Assembly: GCA_963746845.1 (NCBI GenBank)
Contig: CAVVCZ010000004.1
Location: 160,001-224,000 of the forward strand
DNA from: an uncultured Chloroflexia bacterium
GTDB taxonomy: Bacteria > Chloroflexota > Limnocylindria > Limnocylindrales > CSP1-4
Direction of reading: 5' to 3'
Length of the DNA: 64,000 bases
Made by a program: the position numbers and the translations under genes. Below the pieces are notes generated by a model. That model was given only the letters and a program-made list of their open reading frames with translations. It had not been told where the DNA came from and ran no database searches. Positions 31,176 to 41,178 of this stretch are shown piece by piece. Position 1 is the stretch's first letter. Every line of letters starts with the position of its first letter.

Positions 31176-32900
31176 GTGGGGGATGACGAATCGGCCCGGC
31201 GCGGCGACGATTCCCGGGCACCGGAGGGTCCCGTCATCGGTCGTCTGCCGATCCTTGCCGCCGTCGCCTTGATCGTTGCCGTCGGCGCAGCCGCGCCGTC
31301 GGCCCAGCCGGTCCGCGCGGCCGGCTCGCTCCCGGCGCTGCCCGCGTCGTGGCCCTCCGACCGGATGGAGCTCGGTCTGGCCGACGCTCCGGGCGGTGCC
31401 GCCGCGCTGCACGCCTCGGCCCCGTTCAAGTTCCGCTACCAGTACCTCGCGGGCGGCGTGAACACGGGCAACGGCTGGTCGACCTGGAACACGAACGGCC
31501 AGTTCGTGAGCTGGTACATCCAGGACTCCGTCGACCACGGCTTCGTCCCGGTCTTCCCGTACTACATGCTCCTCCAGTCGACTCCCGCCGCCGGCGCCGA
31601 CGAGAAGGCGAAGGACCTGTCGAACCTGGCCAACCCGTCGACCATGGCGGCCTGGTATGCCGATCTGCGGCTGTTCTTCCAGCGGGCTGCGGGGTCGGCG
31701 CCGGTCATCCTCCATGTCGAGCCGGACCTGTGGGGGTACATCGAGCAGGCCACCGGCACGAACGACGACGCCACGCAGATCCCGGCATCGGTCGCGAGCT
31801 CGGGCGACGCAGCCCTCGCGGGTCTCCCGAACACGGCAGCCGGGTTCGCCCGGGCGATCGTCCGGTTGCGCGACCAGCTCGCGCCGAACGTCCTGCTCGC
31901 CTATCACCTGTCCGTGTGGGGCACGAACTGGGACATCGCGTACTCGAACAGCCCCGACTCGCAGGTCGACGCCCTGGCGAATCGGGCCGGCGCGTTCTAC
32001 CAGTCGCTTGGCGCGTCGTTCGACCTGACCTTCACCGACATCGCGGATCGGGACGCATCGTTCAAGCGGCTCGTCTACGGCGACGGCGGGGCGTCGGCGT
32101 GGGATGACGCCGACTTCGTCCGCTACGCCCGGTTCATCGCCGGCTACGTGGCCGTCACGGGGCACCGGGTCGTCGTCTGGCAGATCCCGCTCGGCAACAC
32201 GAAGATGCGGGCGATGAACGACACCTGGGGCCACTACCAGGACAACCGGGCCGAGTGGTTCCTCGAGGACCCGGGCGGCACCCACCTCGCCCTGTGGCGC
32301 GACGCGGGCGTGATCGCCCTGTTGTTCGGGGGAGGCGCCGACGGGACGACCTGCGCCTGCGATGGCCAGAACGACGGCGTCACGAACCCGGCAGCGATCA
32401 ACGGCAACACCCGGACATCCCTGTCGGCCGACGACGACGGTGGGTACTTCCGCGAGCGCGCGGCTGCCTACTACGCGTCGGGCGGACTGGGCCTCGGGGC
32501 GGGAAGCCCGCCGCCGGTCATCCCGCCGCCGGTCGTGCCTCCGCCGTCGAGCCCACCGCCGCCGGTCGCGGCGACGTGGACGCGCAGCGCGACCGCGAAC
32601 CCGAGCGTCATTGCCCGACGACACACCGAGACCATCACGGTCAGCGTGCGCGCCTCGAAGGCGATGAAGGCGCGAGTCCTGGTCTGGATCTACGACCCGA
32701 AGGGGGCGATCGTGTTCCGCAAGGCCTGGGAGAACGTGTCGTTCAAGGCCGCGGTGACCCGGTCGTTCAAGACGACGTTCTACGTCAGCTCGACCCGTGC
32801 GCTCGGTACCTACTCGGTGCGGGTCAGGATCTATGCGGCCGGCACCACGAAGCTCCTGTCCGACCGAGCGCGTGCCGACACGTTCCGGGTGAAGGCCTGA
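31176..32900 (+). CDS. Secreted protein with putative glycoside-hydrolase-like domain and C-terminal Ig-like domain (start uncertain)
   Basis: Signal-like LPILAAVALIVAVGAAAPSA; aromatic-rich RYQYLAGG, ILHVEPDLWGY; Pro linker; beta-rich tail. Confidence 0.7.
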   Translation: MGDDESARRGDDSRAPEGPVIGRLPILAAVALIVAVGAAAPSAQPVRAAGSLPALPASWPSDRMELGLADAPGGAAALHASAPFKFRYQYLAGGVNTGNGWSTWNTNGQFVSWYIQDSVDHGFVPVFPYYMLLQSTPAAGADEKAKDLSNLANPSTMAAWYADLRLFFQRAAGSAPVILHVEPDLWGYIEQATGTNDDATQIPASVASSGDAALAGLPNTAAGFARAIVRLRDQLAPNVLLAYHLSVWGTNWDIAYSNSPDSQVDALANRAGAFYQSLGASFDLTFTDIADRDASFKRLVYGDGGASAWDDADFVRYARFIAGYVAVTGHRVVVWQIPLGNTKMRAMNDTWGHYQDNRAEWFLEDPGGTHLALWRDAGVIALLFGGGADGTTCACDGQNDGVTNPAAINGNTRTSLSADDDGGYFRERAAAYYASGGLGLGAGSPPPVIPPPVVPPPSSPPPPVAATWTRSATANPSVIARRHTETITVSVRASKAMKARVLVWIYDPKGAIVFRKAWENVSFKAAVTRSFKTTFYVSSTRALGTYSVRVRIYAAGTTKLLSDRARADTFRVKA

Positions 32901-32973
32901 CGCTGCGCTCCGTCCCGCCAATTCGTGTCAAACGCCACTCCGGGAGGCGTTATCCACCCACCGGCCGGACCTC

Positions 32974-33043
32974 GGCGCCGAATCGGCTCGGAGTTAGCCT
33001 TCCGGGCGCCGAATCGGCTCGGAGTTCGCCTTCCGGGCGCCGG
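32974..33043. repeat. 31-bp tandem repeat, about 2.3 copies
   Basis: GGCGCCGAATCGGCTCGGAGTT(A/C)GCCTTCCG starting at 32974 and 33005, with a partial copy at 33036. Confidence 0.85.
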
Positions 33044-33083
33044 AAGGGTGCGGCCCGTGAGCGCCCGGCTACCCTGTGCCTCC

Positions 33084-33410
33084 ATGGACCCGATGACATT
33101 CGCCGTCTCGGTCTCGGTTCCCGGCATCGTCATCGTGGCAGCCGGGACCGTCCTCCTGGCCCGGGCCTCGATGCGCCGCCTCGCGCCCTCCGTCCGGGGT
33201 CTTCGCCTGTTCTACCTGGGGTTGGCCCTTCTCCTCCTCGTCCCCGGCATCGCGATCATCGCGGCGGTCCTCGTGGGGCGGCTCATGTGGCCAGCCGCGC
33301 TCGGTGCGCTCGTCCCCATCCTGATGGGCTCCGGGCTTCTCTACGGGCTCCGCCTCTGGTGGGACGACCCTGCCCACGGGATTCTGGGAGAGTCCCGGCG
33401 GCTGGACTGA
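33084..33410 (+). CDS. Small three-TM membrane protein
   Basis: Hydrophobic ORF MDPMTFAV...; TACCCT -10-like hexamer just upstream. Confidence 0.65.
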   Translation: MDPMTFAVSVSVPGIVIVAAGTVLLARASMRRLAPSVRGLRLFYLGLALLLLVPGIAIIAAVLVGRLMWPAALGALVPILMGSGLLYGLRLWWDDPAHGILGESRRLD

Positions 33411-33438
33411 GACACGGTAGCCCCCCGAGCCGGGCCCC

Positions 33439-34098
33439 TCAGCGCGCGTCGCTGCCGCCGGATCGGCCGCTCAGCAATCCCAGGTCGAACTTCCGCTCCG
33501 TTCCGTGGATGAGCCGGTCGATGTTGTCGGCGTGGGCGACCCAGATCAGCGCCGGCCCGATGACCGCGTAGACGAGGTACCCCGGCGGCACCGCACCCGC
33601 CGCGACCGCCCAGATGACGAGCATCGCCGGGAACAGGGCCGCTGAGCCGAGGAGCGACCCGAGTGACACGTACCGCGTGACCAGGATCACCGCGACGAAC
33701 ACCGGCGCCGCCAGGAGCACGGCAACCGGCTGGATCACGAGCATCGTCCCGACGCCGGTCCCCACGCCGCGACCGCTCCGGAACCCGACGAACACGGACC
33801 AGATCGACCCGGTCACGGCCGCCAGCCCGCACAGCACCTCGACCGCGGCGGACCCCGAGACGACCCGCGCCACCAGGACGGGCACGGCACCCTTCAGCAG
33901 GTCCCCGGCCACGACCACCGCCGCCCGCTTCCGCCCGAGCGCCCGGAGCGCGTTCGTCCCGCCCGTTCGTCCCGATCCGACCGTCCGCGGGTCCACACCG
34001 CCCGTCAGGCGGGCGACGAGGACGCCCATCGGGATCGAGCCGCACAGGTACGCGCCGACGACGAGCGCGAGATCGAGGAGCAGCGTCGGCAGGTCCAT
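33439..34098 (-). CDS. plsY: Glycerol-3-phosphate acyltransferase
   Basis: AYLCGSIP, GSGRTGGTNALR, DLLKG, FRSGRGVGT, RYVSLGS, HADNIDRL. Confidence 0.93.
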   Translation of the reverse strand: MDLPTLLLDLALVVGAYLCGSIPMGVLVARLTGGVDPRTVGSGRTGGTNALRALGRKRAAVVVAGDLLKGAVPVLVARVVSGSAAVEVLCGLAAVTGSIWSVFVGFRSGRGVGTGVGTMLVIQPVAVLLAAPVFVAVILVTRYVSLGSLLGSAALFPAMLVIWAVAAGAVPPGYLVYAVIGPALIWVAHADNIDRLIHGTERKFDLGLLSGRSGGSDAR

Positions 34099-34317
34099 GT
34101 CGCTCCACGAAGGCGTCCGCGGGACGAGACGGCGCGAGTCTAGCACCGCCCCGGAACCACCTCGGAGGGTCCTCCGGGAGCGCGACGGCGAGGCCGCGGG
34201 ACCACCGCGTCGGTTGCGGGCTTCCGAACCCCCCGCGTACCATCCGAACCGATGATCCACCTGCCCACCCGGCCGTCGACCGTGCCCGGGACCGCGGCGC
34301 CCGAGGCGGCCTGAGCC

Positions 34318-35760
34318 ATGGCCGTCGGCTCTTCCAATGACTTCGATCTCGTCGTGCTCGGGGCGGGGACCGGTGGCTACACCGCCGCCTTCCGCGCGGC
34401 CCAGCTCGGCCTGAAGGTCGCCCTCGTCGACGAAGACAAGATCGGCGGCACCTGCCTGCATCGCGGCTGCATCCCGACCAAGGCGCTGCTCGAATCGGCC
34501 GCGTTCGTCGAGCGGGCGCGCCATGCGAAGGACTACGGGCTGGTCCTGTCCGGCGAGCCTGGCATCGACTATGTCCAGATGGCGGCCCGCAAGGACCAGG
34601 TCGTCAAGCGGATGTGGACCGGGGTCAAGACGCTCATCGACAAGAACAAGGTGACCTGGGTGGCCGGTCGGGGGCGGCTCGAGGGCCCGAACAAGATCCG
34701 GGTCAGCCAGCCGGGCGAGGACGGCACACCGGGCAAAGGCGGCGACCGCGTCCTCCAGGCGACCGACGTGATCCTTGCCACCGGGAGCCGGGTGAAGAGC
34801 CTGCCCGGCCTCACCCCCGACGGCGTCCGGATCATCACGAGCGACGACGTCCTCGCGGCGACCAGCCTCCCGAAGGACATCGTGATCGTCGGCGCGGGAG
34901 CGGTCGGTTGCGAGTTCGCCTCGATGTACCACGACCTCGGCACGAAGGTGACCCTGCTCGAGTACCTGCCCCAGGTCGTGCCGCTCGAGGACCGCGAGGT
35001 CAGCCAGACGCTGGAGCGGAGCTTCAGCCGGCGCGGCATCACGGTGATGACGAACGCCCGCTTCGATCCGGCAAAGGTCGACGTGACGAAGGACGGCATC
35101 TGCCTCGTCGTCGGGCCGGAGGGCAAGGAGCCCGGGGAGCTCCGGGCGGAGCAGCTCCTCGTCGCCGCGGGTCGCGCCACGAACATCGAGGACATCGGCC
35201 TCGAGACCACGAAGATCGAGACGGACCGGGGCTTCGTGAAGGTCGACGGGCGGATGCGGACGAAGGAGCCGCACGTCTACGCCATCGGCGACGTCGTCGG
35301 CGGGCTGATGCTCGCCCATACCGCCGGCCATGAGGGCATCGTCGCCGCCCACACGATCGCGGGCGACAAGGACGTCCACCCGATCGACTACGTGAAGCAG
35401 CCGCGCGCGACGTACTGCCGCCCGGAGATCGCGTCGGTCGGTCTCACCCAGCAGCAATGCGAGGAGCGCGGGCTGCCGATCAAGGTCGGCAAGGTCCCGT
35501 TCCAGGCGATCGCCAAGGCGATCATCGGCGGCGAGTACGAAGGGTTCGCGAAGGTCATCGCGAACAAGGAGACCGACGAGACGCTCGGGATCCACCTGAT
35601 CGGCCCGCATGCGACGGACCTCATCGCCGAGGCGTCGGTCGCCTTCGAGCTGGAGGCGGTCCCCTGGGAGATCGGCGGCGCCACCCACGCCCACCCGACG
35701 TTGTCGGAGATCATGGGCGAGGCGGCCCTCGCCGTCGACGGACGGTCGATCAACTTCTGA
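34318..35760 (+). CDS. lpdA: Dihydrolipoamide dehydrogenase (E3)
   Basis: GGTCLHRGCIPTK redox motif; HAHPTLSE. Confidence 0.96.
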   Translation: MAVGSSNDFDLVVLGAGTGGYTAAFRAAQLGLKVALVDEDKIGGTCLHRGCIPTKALLESAAFVERARHAKDYGLVLSGEPGIDYVQMAARKDQVVKRMWTGVKTLIDKNKVTWVAGRGRLEGPNKIRVSQPGEDGTPGKGGDRVLQATDVILATGSRVKSLPGLTPDGVRIITSDDVLAATSLPKDIVIVGAGAVGCEFASMYHDLGTKVTLLEYLPQVVPLEDREVSQTLERSFSRRGITVMTNARFDPAKVDVTKDGICLVVGPEGKEPGELRAEQLLVAAGRATNIEDIGLETTKIETDRGFVKVDGRMRTKEPHVYAIGDVVGGLMLAHTAGHEGIVAAHTIAGDKDVHPIDYVKQPRATYCRPEIASVGLTQQQCEERGLPIKVGKVPFQAIAKAIIGGEYEGFAKVIANKETDETLGIHLIGPHATDLIAEASVAFELEAVPWEIGGATHAHPTLSEIMGEAALAVDGRSINF

Positions 35761-36839
35761 TGGCCGTCACCGAGCGGAAGTCGGCGGCGACCCTCGGCTC
35801 GGACCTTGGCCTGTCGGCCGACGATCTTCTGGAGATGTACCGGCTCGTCACGCTCGCGCGCTCCGTCGACGAGCGGATGTGGATCCTCAACCGCGCCGGC
35901 AGGATCCCGTTCGTGATCAGCGGCCAGGGCCACGAGGGTGCCCAGGTCGGGATCGCGTGGGCGCTCGAGAAGGGCAAGGACTGGATCGCCCCGTTCTACC
36001 GCTCGATCGCGACCTGCCTGACGTTCGGGATGAGCCCGCGCGACATCATGACCGCCCAGTACGCGACCGCGTCGGATCCATCGTCCGGCGGGCGCCAGAT
36101 GCCCGGCCACTACGGGTCGCACGAGCACAACCTCGTGTCGGTCAGCTCGCCCGTCGCGACCCAGCTCCTCCATGCGGTCGGGATCGCCCTCGCGGCGAAG
36201 ATCCGGAAGACCGGCCAGGTGGCGATGACCGTCATGGGCGAGGGCTCCAGCAACCAGGGCGACGTCCACGAGGGCCTGAACTTCGCGGCGATCCACAAGC
36301 TGCCGTTCGTCTTCGTCGTCGAGAACAACGGCTACGCGATCTCGGTCCCACTCGCTCGCCAGGTCGCCGGCTCGTCCGTCGCCGGACGCGCCGCCGGATA
36401 CGGGATCCCGGGCGTGATGGTCGATGGGTCCGACGTCCTTGCCTGCTACGCCGCCGCCCGCGAGGCGGTTGCCCGGGCGCGGGCGGGCGACGGCCCGACA
36501 TTGATCGAGGCAAAGGTCATGCGCCTCACCGCCCACTCGTCGGACGACCAGCAGACGAAGTACCGCTCGGAGGAAGAGCTCGCCGCCGAGAAGTCGCTCG
36601 ACCCCGTGCCGATGTTCCGAACCCAGCTCGTCGACGCCGGGATCCTGACTCCGGAGGCCGAGGAGCGGATCCGGTCAGGAGTGACGGCCGCCGTGGACGA
36701 CGCGACCGACTACGCGGAGGGGCAGCCGGACCCGCCAGTTGCGACCGCGATGAAGTGGGTCTACGCCGAGGACTGGCCGTCCGAGGCGCCACCGCCGTGG
36801 GGCATGGGCGAGGGCGACGTCCCGGGCGAGGGCCGCTGA
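35760..36839 (+). CDS. bkdAA: Branched-chain 2-oxoacid dehydrogenase E1 alpha
   Basis: RAGRIPFVISGQGHE, GGRQMPGH, GEGSSNQGD, NNGYAIS, AHSSDDQ. Confidence 0.88.
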   Translation: MAVTERKSAATLGSDLGLSADDLLEMYRLVTLARSVDERMWILNRAGRIPFVISGQGHEGAQVGIAWALEKGKDWIAPFYRSIATCLTFGMSPRDIMTAQYATASDPSSGGRQMPGHYGSHEHNLVSVSSPVATQLLHAVGIALAAKIRKTGQVAMTVMGEGSSNQGDVHEGLNFAAIHKLPFVFVVENNGYAISVPLARQVAGSSVAGRAAGYGIPGVMVDGSDVLACYAAAREAVARARAGDGPTLIEAKVMRLTAHSSDDQQTKYRSEEELAAEKSLDPVPMFRTQLVDAGILTPEAEERIRSGVTAAVDDATDYAEGQPDPPVATAMKWVYAEDWPSEAPPPWGMGEGDVPGEGR

Positions 36840-37822
36840 TGCCGCTCAAGACGTTCATCGAGGCGGTCCGCGAGGGTCTCCGGGAGGAGATGGTCCGCGA
36901 CGAAACCGTGATCGTCCTCGGCGAGGACGTCGGCAAGAAGGGCGGCGTGTTCCTCGCGACCGATGGCCTGTGGGCCGAGTTCGGCGACGACCGGGTCATC
37001 GACACGCCGCTCAGCGAGAGCCAGATCATCGGGACGTCGATCGGCGCCGCGATCGGTGGCCTCCGACCGGTCGCCGAGATCCAGTTCGCCGACTTCATCC
37101 ATCCTGCGTTCAACCAGCTCGTGTCCGAGGCGGCCCGGCTCCGCTACCGGAGCAACAACGGCTACAGCGCCCCGATGGTCGTCCGCGCTCCCTACGGCGG
37201 CGGCGTCCACGGCGCGCTCTACCACAGCCAGTCGGTCGAGGCGTTCTTCACCCACGTCCCGGGGCTGAAAGTGGTCGTGCCGTCCACGCCGTACGACGCC
37301 AAGGGCCTGCTCCGGTCGTCGATCCGGGACGAGGACCCGGTCCTGTTCTTCGAGCACAAGAAGATGTACCGGAGCGTTCGGGGCGATGTCCCCGACGGCG
37401 AGTTCACCGTCCCGCTTGGGAAGGCCCAGGTGACCCACCCGGGCAACCAGGTCACGGTCATCGCCTACGGCCTGATGGCCCATTACGCGCTCGAGGCGGC
37501 CGACCGGGTCGCGGAGGAGGGGATCAGCGTCGAGGTCGTCGACCTGCGCACCCTTCGCCCGCTCGACAAGGAGACGGTGCTCGACTCGGTCCGAAAGACC
37601 GGCAAGTGCCTCGTCGTGTACGAGGACAACCGGTTCGGCGGGTACGGGGCGGAAGTCGCGGCGATCGTCGCCGAGGAGGCGTTCGACTACCTCGACGGGC
37701 CGGTGACGCGGATCGCCGGCCCGGACGTGCCGGGCGTGCCCTACAACCACGTCCTCGAGGACTGGTTCATGGTCAATCCCGAGAAGATCGCCGACGGCAT
37801 CCGCAGGCTTGCCGCCTACTGA
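36839..37822 (+). CDS. bkdAB: 2-oxoacid dehydrogenase E1 beta
   Basis: GEDVGKKGGVF, DTPLSE, EIQFADF, GALYHSQS, DLRTLRPLD. Confidence 0.9.
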   Translation: MPLKTFIEAVREGLREEMVRDETVIVLGEDVGKKGGVFLATDGLWAEFGDDRVIDTPLSESQIIGTSIGAAIGGLRPVAEIQFADFIHPAFNQLVSEAARLRYRSNNGYSAPMVVRAPYGGGVHGALYHSQSVEAFFTHVPGLKVVVPSTPYDAKGLLRSSIRDEDPVLFFEHKKMYRSVRGDVPDGEFTVPLGKAQVTHPGNQVTVIAYGLMAHYALEAADRVAEEGISVEVVDLRTLRPLDKETVLDSVRKTGKCLVVYEDNRFGGYGAEVAAIVAEEAFDYLDGPVTRIAGPDVPGVPYNHVLEDWFMVNPEKIADGIRRLAAY

Positions 37823-38162
37823 CGCGGAGCTGGCGGCCCTCGAGGCCCGGCTCCAGGCCCTGCTCGACCCGTACCGCGCCCGGCTCGAGCCCGTCGAGGT
37901 CTACGGCCAGCCGTTCCTCCGGCGACCCGGCGCGACGAAGCACCAGTGGTTCGCCGGCGTGAACCAGGGCAAGGGCGTCGTCCGGTTCTCGCTGCTGCCG
38001 ATGTACCAGCACCCGGAGGTGCTCGAGGGCCTGTCGCCGGCAGTGTTGAAACGCAAGACCGGGGCGTCGCTGTTCACGTTCGTCTCGATCGACGACGGAC
38101 AGGTCGCGGAGCTCGCAGCGCTGCTGGAGCGTGCTGCCGCCGTGTACTGGAGCGAGGAGTGA
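37809..38162 (+). CDS. Small hypothetical protein (DUF1801/YdhG-like), paralog of the next gene
   Basis: WFAGVNQGKG...LPMY...LSPAVLKRKTG aligns with YFGGTRLGKS...MGVY...LSPELRRRMQG. Confidence 0.65.
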   Translation: MPPTDAELAALEARLQALLDPYRARLEPVEVYGQPFLRRPGATKHQWFAGVNQGKGVVRFSLLPMYQHPEVLEGLSPAVLKRKTGASLFTFVSIDDGQVAELAALLERAAAVYWSEE

Positions 38163-38167
38163 GGTCA

Positions 38168-38541
38168 TGACCACGCGCGACTTCGAGGCCGTCCACGATC
38201 GGCTGCGGGCGATCCTGCGGCCCTGCGCGTCGGACGAGCTGGTCGTGACCAAGGATGGTCCCGCGGGCATGGCACTGGAGGTCCGTGGGCTCGAGGGCAA
38301 GCCGTGGGGCTACTTCGGTGGGACCCGGCTCGGCAAGAGCTACGTGAGCTACTACCTGATGGGCGTCTACGCGTCGCCGGAGCTGAAGGACGAGCTGTCG
38401 CCCGAGCTCCGCCGCCGGATGCAGGGCAAGGCCTGCTTCAACTTCACGAAGGTCGACGAGCCGCTCTTCGCCGAGCTCGCCGACCTGACGGCCCGGTCCA
38501 TCCCGATCATGCGCGACGCGGCAGCCGCTCATCGGGACTGA
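38168..38541 (+). CDS. Small hypothetical protein (DUF1801/YdhG-like)
   Basis: GKSYVSYYLMGVY...RRRMQGKACFNF; GAGG RBS. Confidence 0.7.
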
Positions 38542-38555
38542 TCATGCGGGCGCGA

Positions 38556-38704
38556 CATGCGCCCGATGCGTCAAACGACCGCTGGCACGTGCCCAGGTCG
38601 CCGGTTGGCGCACGTGGTGCATGGATCGACGTCTGAAGGCCTCGATTCGGGCTGTTGACGGGCGGGATTGGGCTCCCGACGTCGTTTGACGCGCTGGGCG
38701 CATG
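38556..38704. mobile_element. MITE/REPIN-like element family A, copy 1
   Basis: 21-bp imperfect terminal inverted repeats CATGCGCCCGATGCGTCAAAC / GTTTGACGCGCTGGGCGCATG. Confidence 0.7.
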
Positions 38705-38719
38705 GACTTGGCGTGGCCG

Positions 38720-39899
38720 TCAGTCGACCGTCGTCAGCTCGATCGCGAGCGGCCTGTCGAGGAAGGCTGCGACGCGGTCTACCTCGGCATCCAGCTCGTG
38801 CGGCGCGTCGCGGCTCCAGGACGACCAGCGGACGACCTCCACCACGGGTCGGCGAGCACTCCCGGCGATCTGCCACGTGCCACCGATCCGGCCGTCGACG
38901 ACGACGAGCGGGGTCACCCAGCCGGCGGTCCGGTACACGTCGTCGTGATGGGCGACCGGCAGGACGGATCCGGTTCGTCGCGGCAGCTCGTTCGTGAACG
39001 GGTCGAACGCGGGGAGGAGGCGGATGCCCCGGAACGGCTCGGTCGCCGCGAGGGCCTCGACGTCCTCCGCTCGAGCCCACGTCCGCACGCCGTCGACGTC
39101 GATCGCGTCGCCTGTCGACCGGCAGCCGATCGAGCGCCTCCGAGATCAGCCCTGCACGGACCACGCCCCACCAGCGGGCGATCATGTCGCGGCTCGAACC
39201 CGGGAAGCTCACGAGGAACCGCGAGACCATCCGCGCGAGCGCGTCGATCGGCTCGCCGGGATCGGGTCGGTCGGCGAACGCGATCGTTCGGTCGAGCCAG
39301 GCGGACGGGTTCACGAAGGTGACGTTGCGACCGTCCGGCGGGCCGAAGATCAGCTCGCCGCGCTGAGCGGCCGGGCCCAGGAACGTGCCCCAGCCCGTCC
39401 GGAGCTTGCCGGCGAGGATCGGATCGTCCAGGTGGCCGGCGACGGCATCCGCCAGGACGGCCCGGGTCATCGGCTCGTCGGTCAGCGTGTCACCGACGAT
39501 CCGGATCAGCGCCTCGACCTGCGCTTCGGTCATCTCGACCCAGCGCAGCCACACGTCCTCGCGCCAACGCTCGCGCGTCGCGGATGCAATGACGAAGTCC
39601 GCGAGGTCGTCCGGGGTCAGCAGGTGGAGCGTGCCCCGGAACGACCACGCCTTGACGATCGAGCGGGCGTCGCTGAGGGCGTCCCGCACGTCTGCCTGGC
39701 GGAGGCCGTCGATCCGGGCGTTCGCCTGGAGCTCGGCGGCGCTCGCGACCTGGGCGTGGAGCCCGACCATCGAGCCGACGACCTCGACGAGCCGATCGGG
39801 CGTGGAGCGCTCGGCGAGGTGCTGGCGCTCGAGGCGAAGGGCGAGAACGCGCGACCAGTCGGTCGTCAGCGCGGGTGGCGGCGCGGCGGTCTTCGGCAT
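38720..39899 (-). CDS. AlkZ/YcaQ-like winged-helix DNA glycosylase family protein; frameshift at ~39110
   Basis: GLHAQ, WSFRGTLHL, IFGPPDG; C-terminal RLLPAFDPF...GWVTPLVVVDGRIGGTW in a second frame. Confidence 0.82.
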
Positions 39900-40007
39900 G
39901 CGCCGATCATGCCGAACTGGTTCGACAGCCGGTGTCAGGTTCCGTCCCGAGCGGTAGCCGCTGTCTCGCCCATCATCAGGATCGATCCTCCGTCGCCACG
40001 CACAGTT

Positions 40008-40157
40008 CATGCGCCCAGCGCGTCAAACGATGTCCGGGACCTCGATTCTCCGCCTCAACAGCCCCGAATCCGGCCTTCGGACGTCGATCCATGCGCCGGG
40101 CGCAACGATCGTCGCCCGGCGCGCTCGTCGGCAGTTGTTTGACGCATCGGGCGCATG
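40008..40157. mobile_element. MITE/REPIN-like element family A, copy 2 (inverted relative to copy 1)
   Basis: Reverse complement aligns to 38556..38704, including both TIRs and the core GCATGGATCGACGTC.GAAGGCC...GGGCTGTTGA. Confidence 0.7.
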
Positions 40158-40170
40158 AAGCGCCGACCGA

Positions 40171-41046
40171 TCAGCCGTAGATCGTCGTCGTGACCGCTCG
40201 GGGATCGCGGCTCGGCCAGCGGCCCGCCTCGACCTGGTGGAAGAAGTCGTCGAGCAGCTGGTTGTACGCGCCCGGTTCCTCGGTGTTCACCGCGTGCCCC
40301 GTGTTCGGGACGATCGCCAGCGCGGCGGTCTCGATCGTCTGCTTGAGCAGGATCATCGGGGCGAGACACGGATGGTCCTCGTCGCCGGCGATGACCAGCG
40401 TCGGCACGCGAAGGGCCCGCATCTCGTCTGTCAGGTCCCACAGGGAGGGTCGGCGGGCCTGGACGCCGCGGAGCGTGTTGGCCGAACCGACCGGCGAGTG
40501 CGCGGCCATCCGGGTCGCGAACTCGTGCCAGCCGCGCGGATCCTTGGCCTGGTACTGGACCCGGGCCGGCCCGACTGCATAGCTCGCGGCCGCCGCCGCC
40601 ATGCCCTCGGTCTCGATCGTCCGGGCCATCCGGAGCGTCTCCTCCACGAACAGGGCGTGCTGGCCCGGCTCGGCGCCGTAGCCGATGCCGGTCAGGACGA
40701 GCGACCGGGCCCGATCCGGATGGGCGAATCCGAAGTGGAGCGTCGCGAAGGCGCCCATCGACGTGCCGACGACATGGGCGCGCTCGATGCCCAGGCCGTC
40801 CATCACGGCCCGGATGTCCTCGCGGGCCCGCTCCTGCGAGTAGCGCTCGACGTCCTCGGGGACGTCGGACGGCGGATAGCCGCGGGCGTCGTAGGCGATG
40901 CACCGATGGCGACGCGAGAAGTGGCGGAGCTGCGGCTCGTAGCTCGAGGCGTCGCCGGCGAACTCGTGGACGAAGACGATCGGGAACCCCGCGCCCACGT
41001 CCTCGACGTGGAGGCGGACCCCGTCGTCGGTCGTGATGACCGGCAT
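40171..41046 (-). CDS. Alpha/beta hydrolase
   Basis: FVHEFAGD, YDARGYPPS, GTSMG nucleophile, GDED, GHAVNTE. Confidence 0.9.
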   Translation of the reverse strand: MPVITTDDGVRLHVEDVGAGFPIVFVHEFAGDASSYEPQLRHFSRRHRCIAYDARGYPPSDVPEDVERYSQERAREDIRAVMDGLGIERAHVVGTSMGAFATLHFGFAHPDRARSLVLTGIGYGAEPGQHALFVEETLRMARTIETEGMAAAAASYAVGPARVQYQAKDPRGWHEFATRMAAHSPVGSANTLRGVQARRPSLWDLTDEMRALRVPTLVIAGDEDHPCLAPMILLKQTIETAALAIVPNTGHAVNTEEPGAYNQLLDDFFHQVEAGRWPSRDPRAVTTTIYG

Positions 41047-41178
41047 GACGCGATCATGGCGGCCGCGCGCCCGTCGCGCCGAACGGCTCCGCGACGGGGG
41101 GTCGCATGATGCGCGACACTGTCGCGAGAACACCACGAACGGCGGGCCCGATCCGCTGCGCGACCCGGAGGAAGACCA

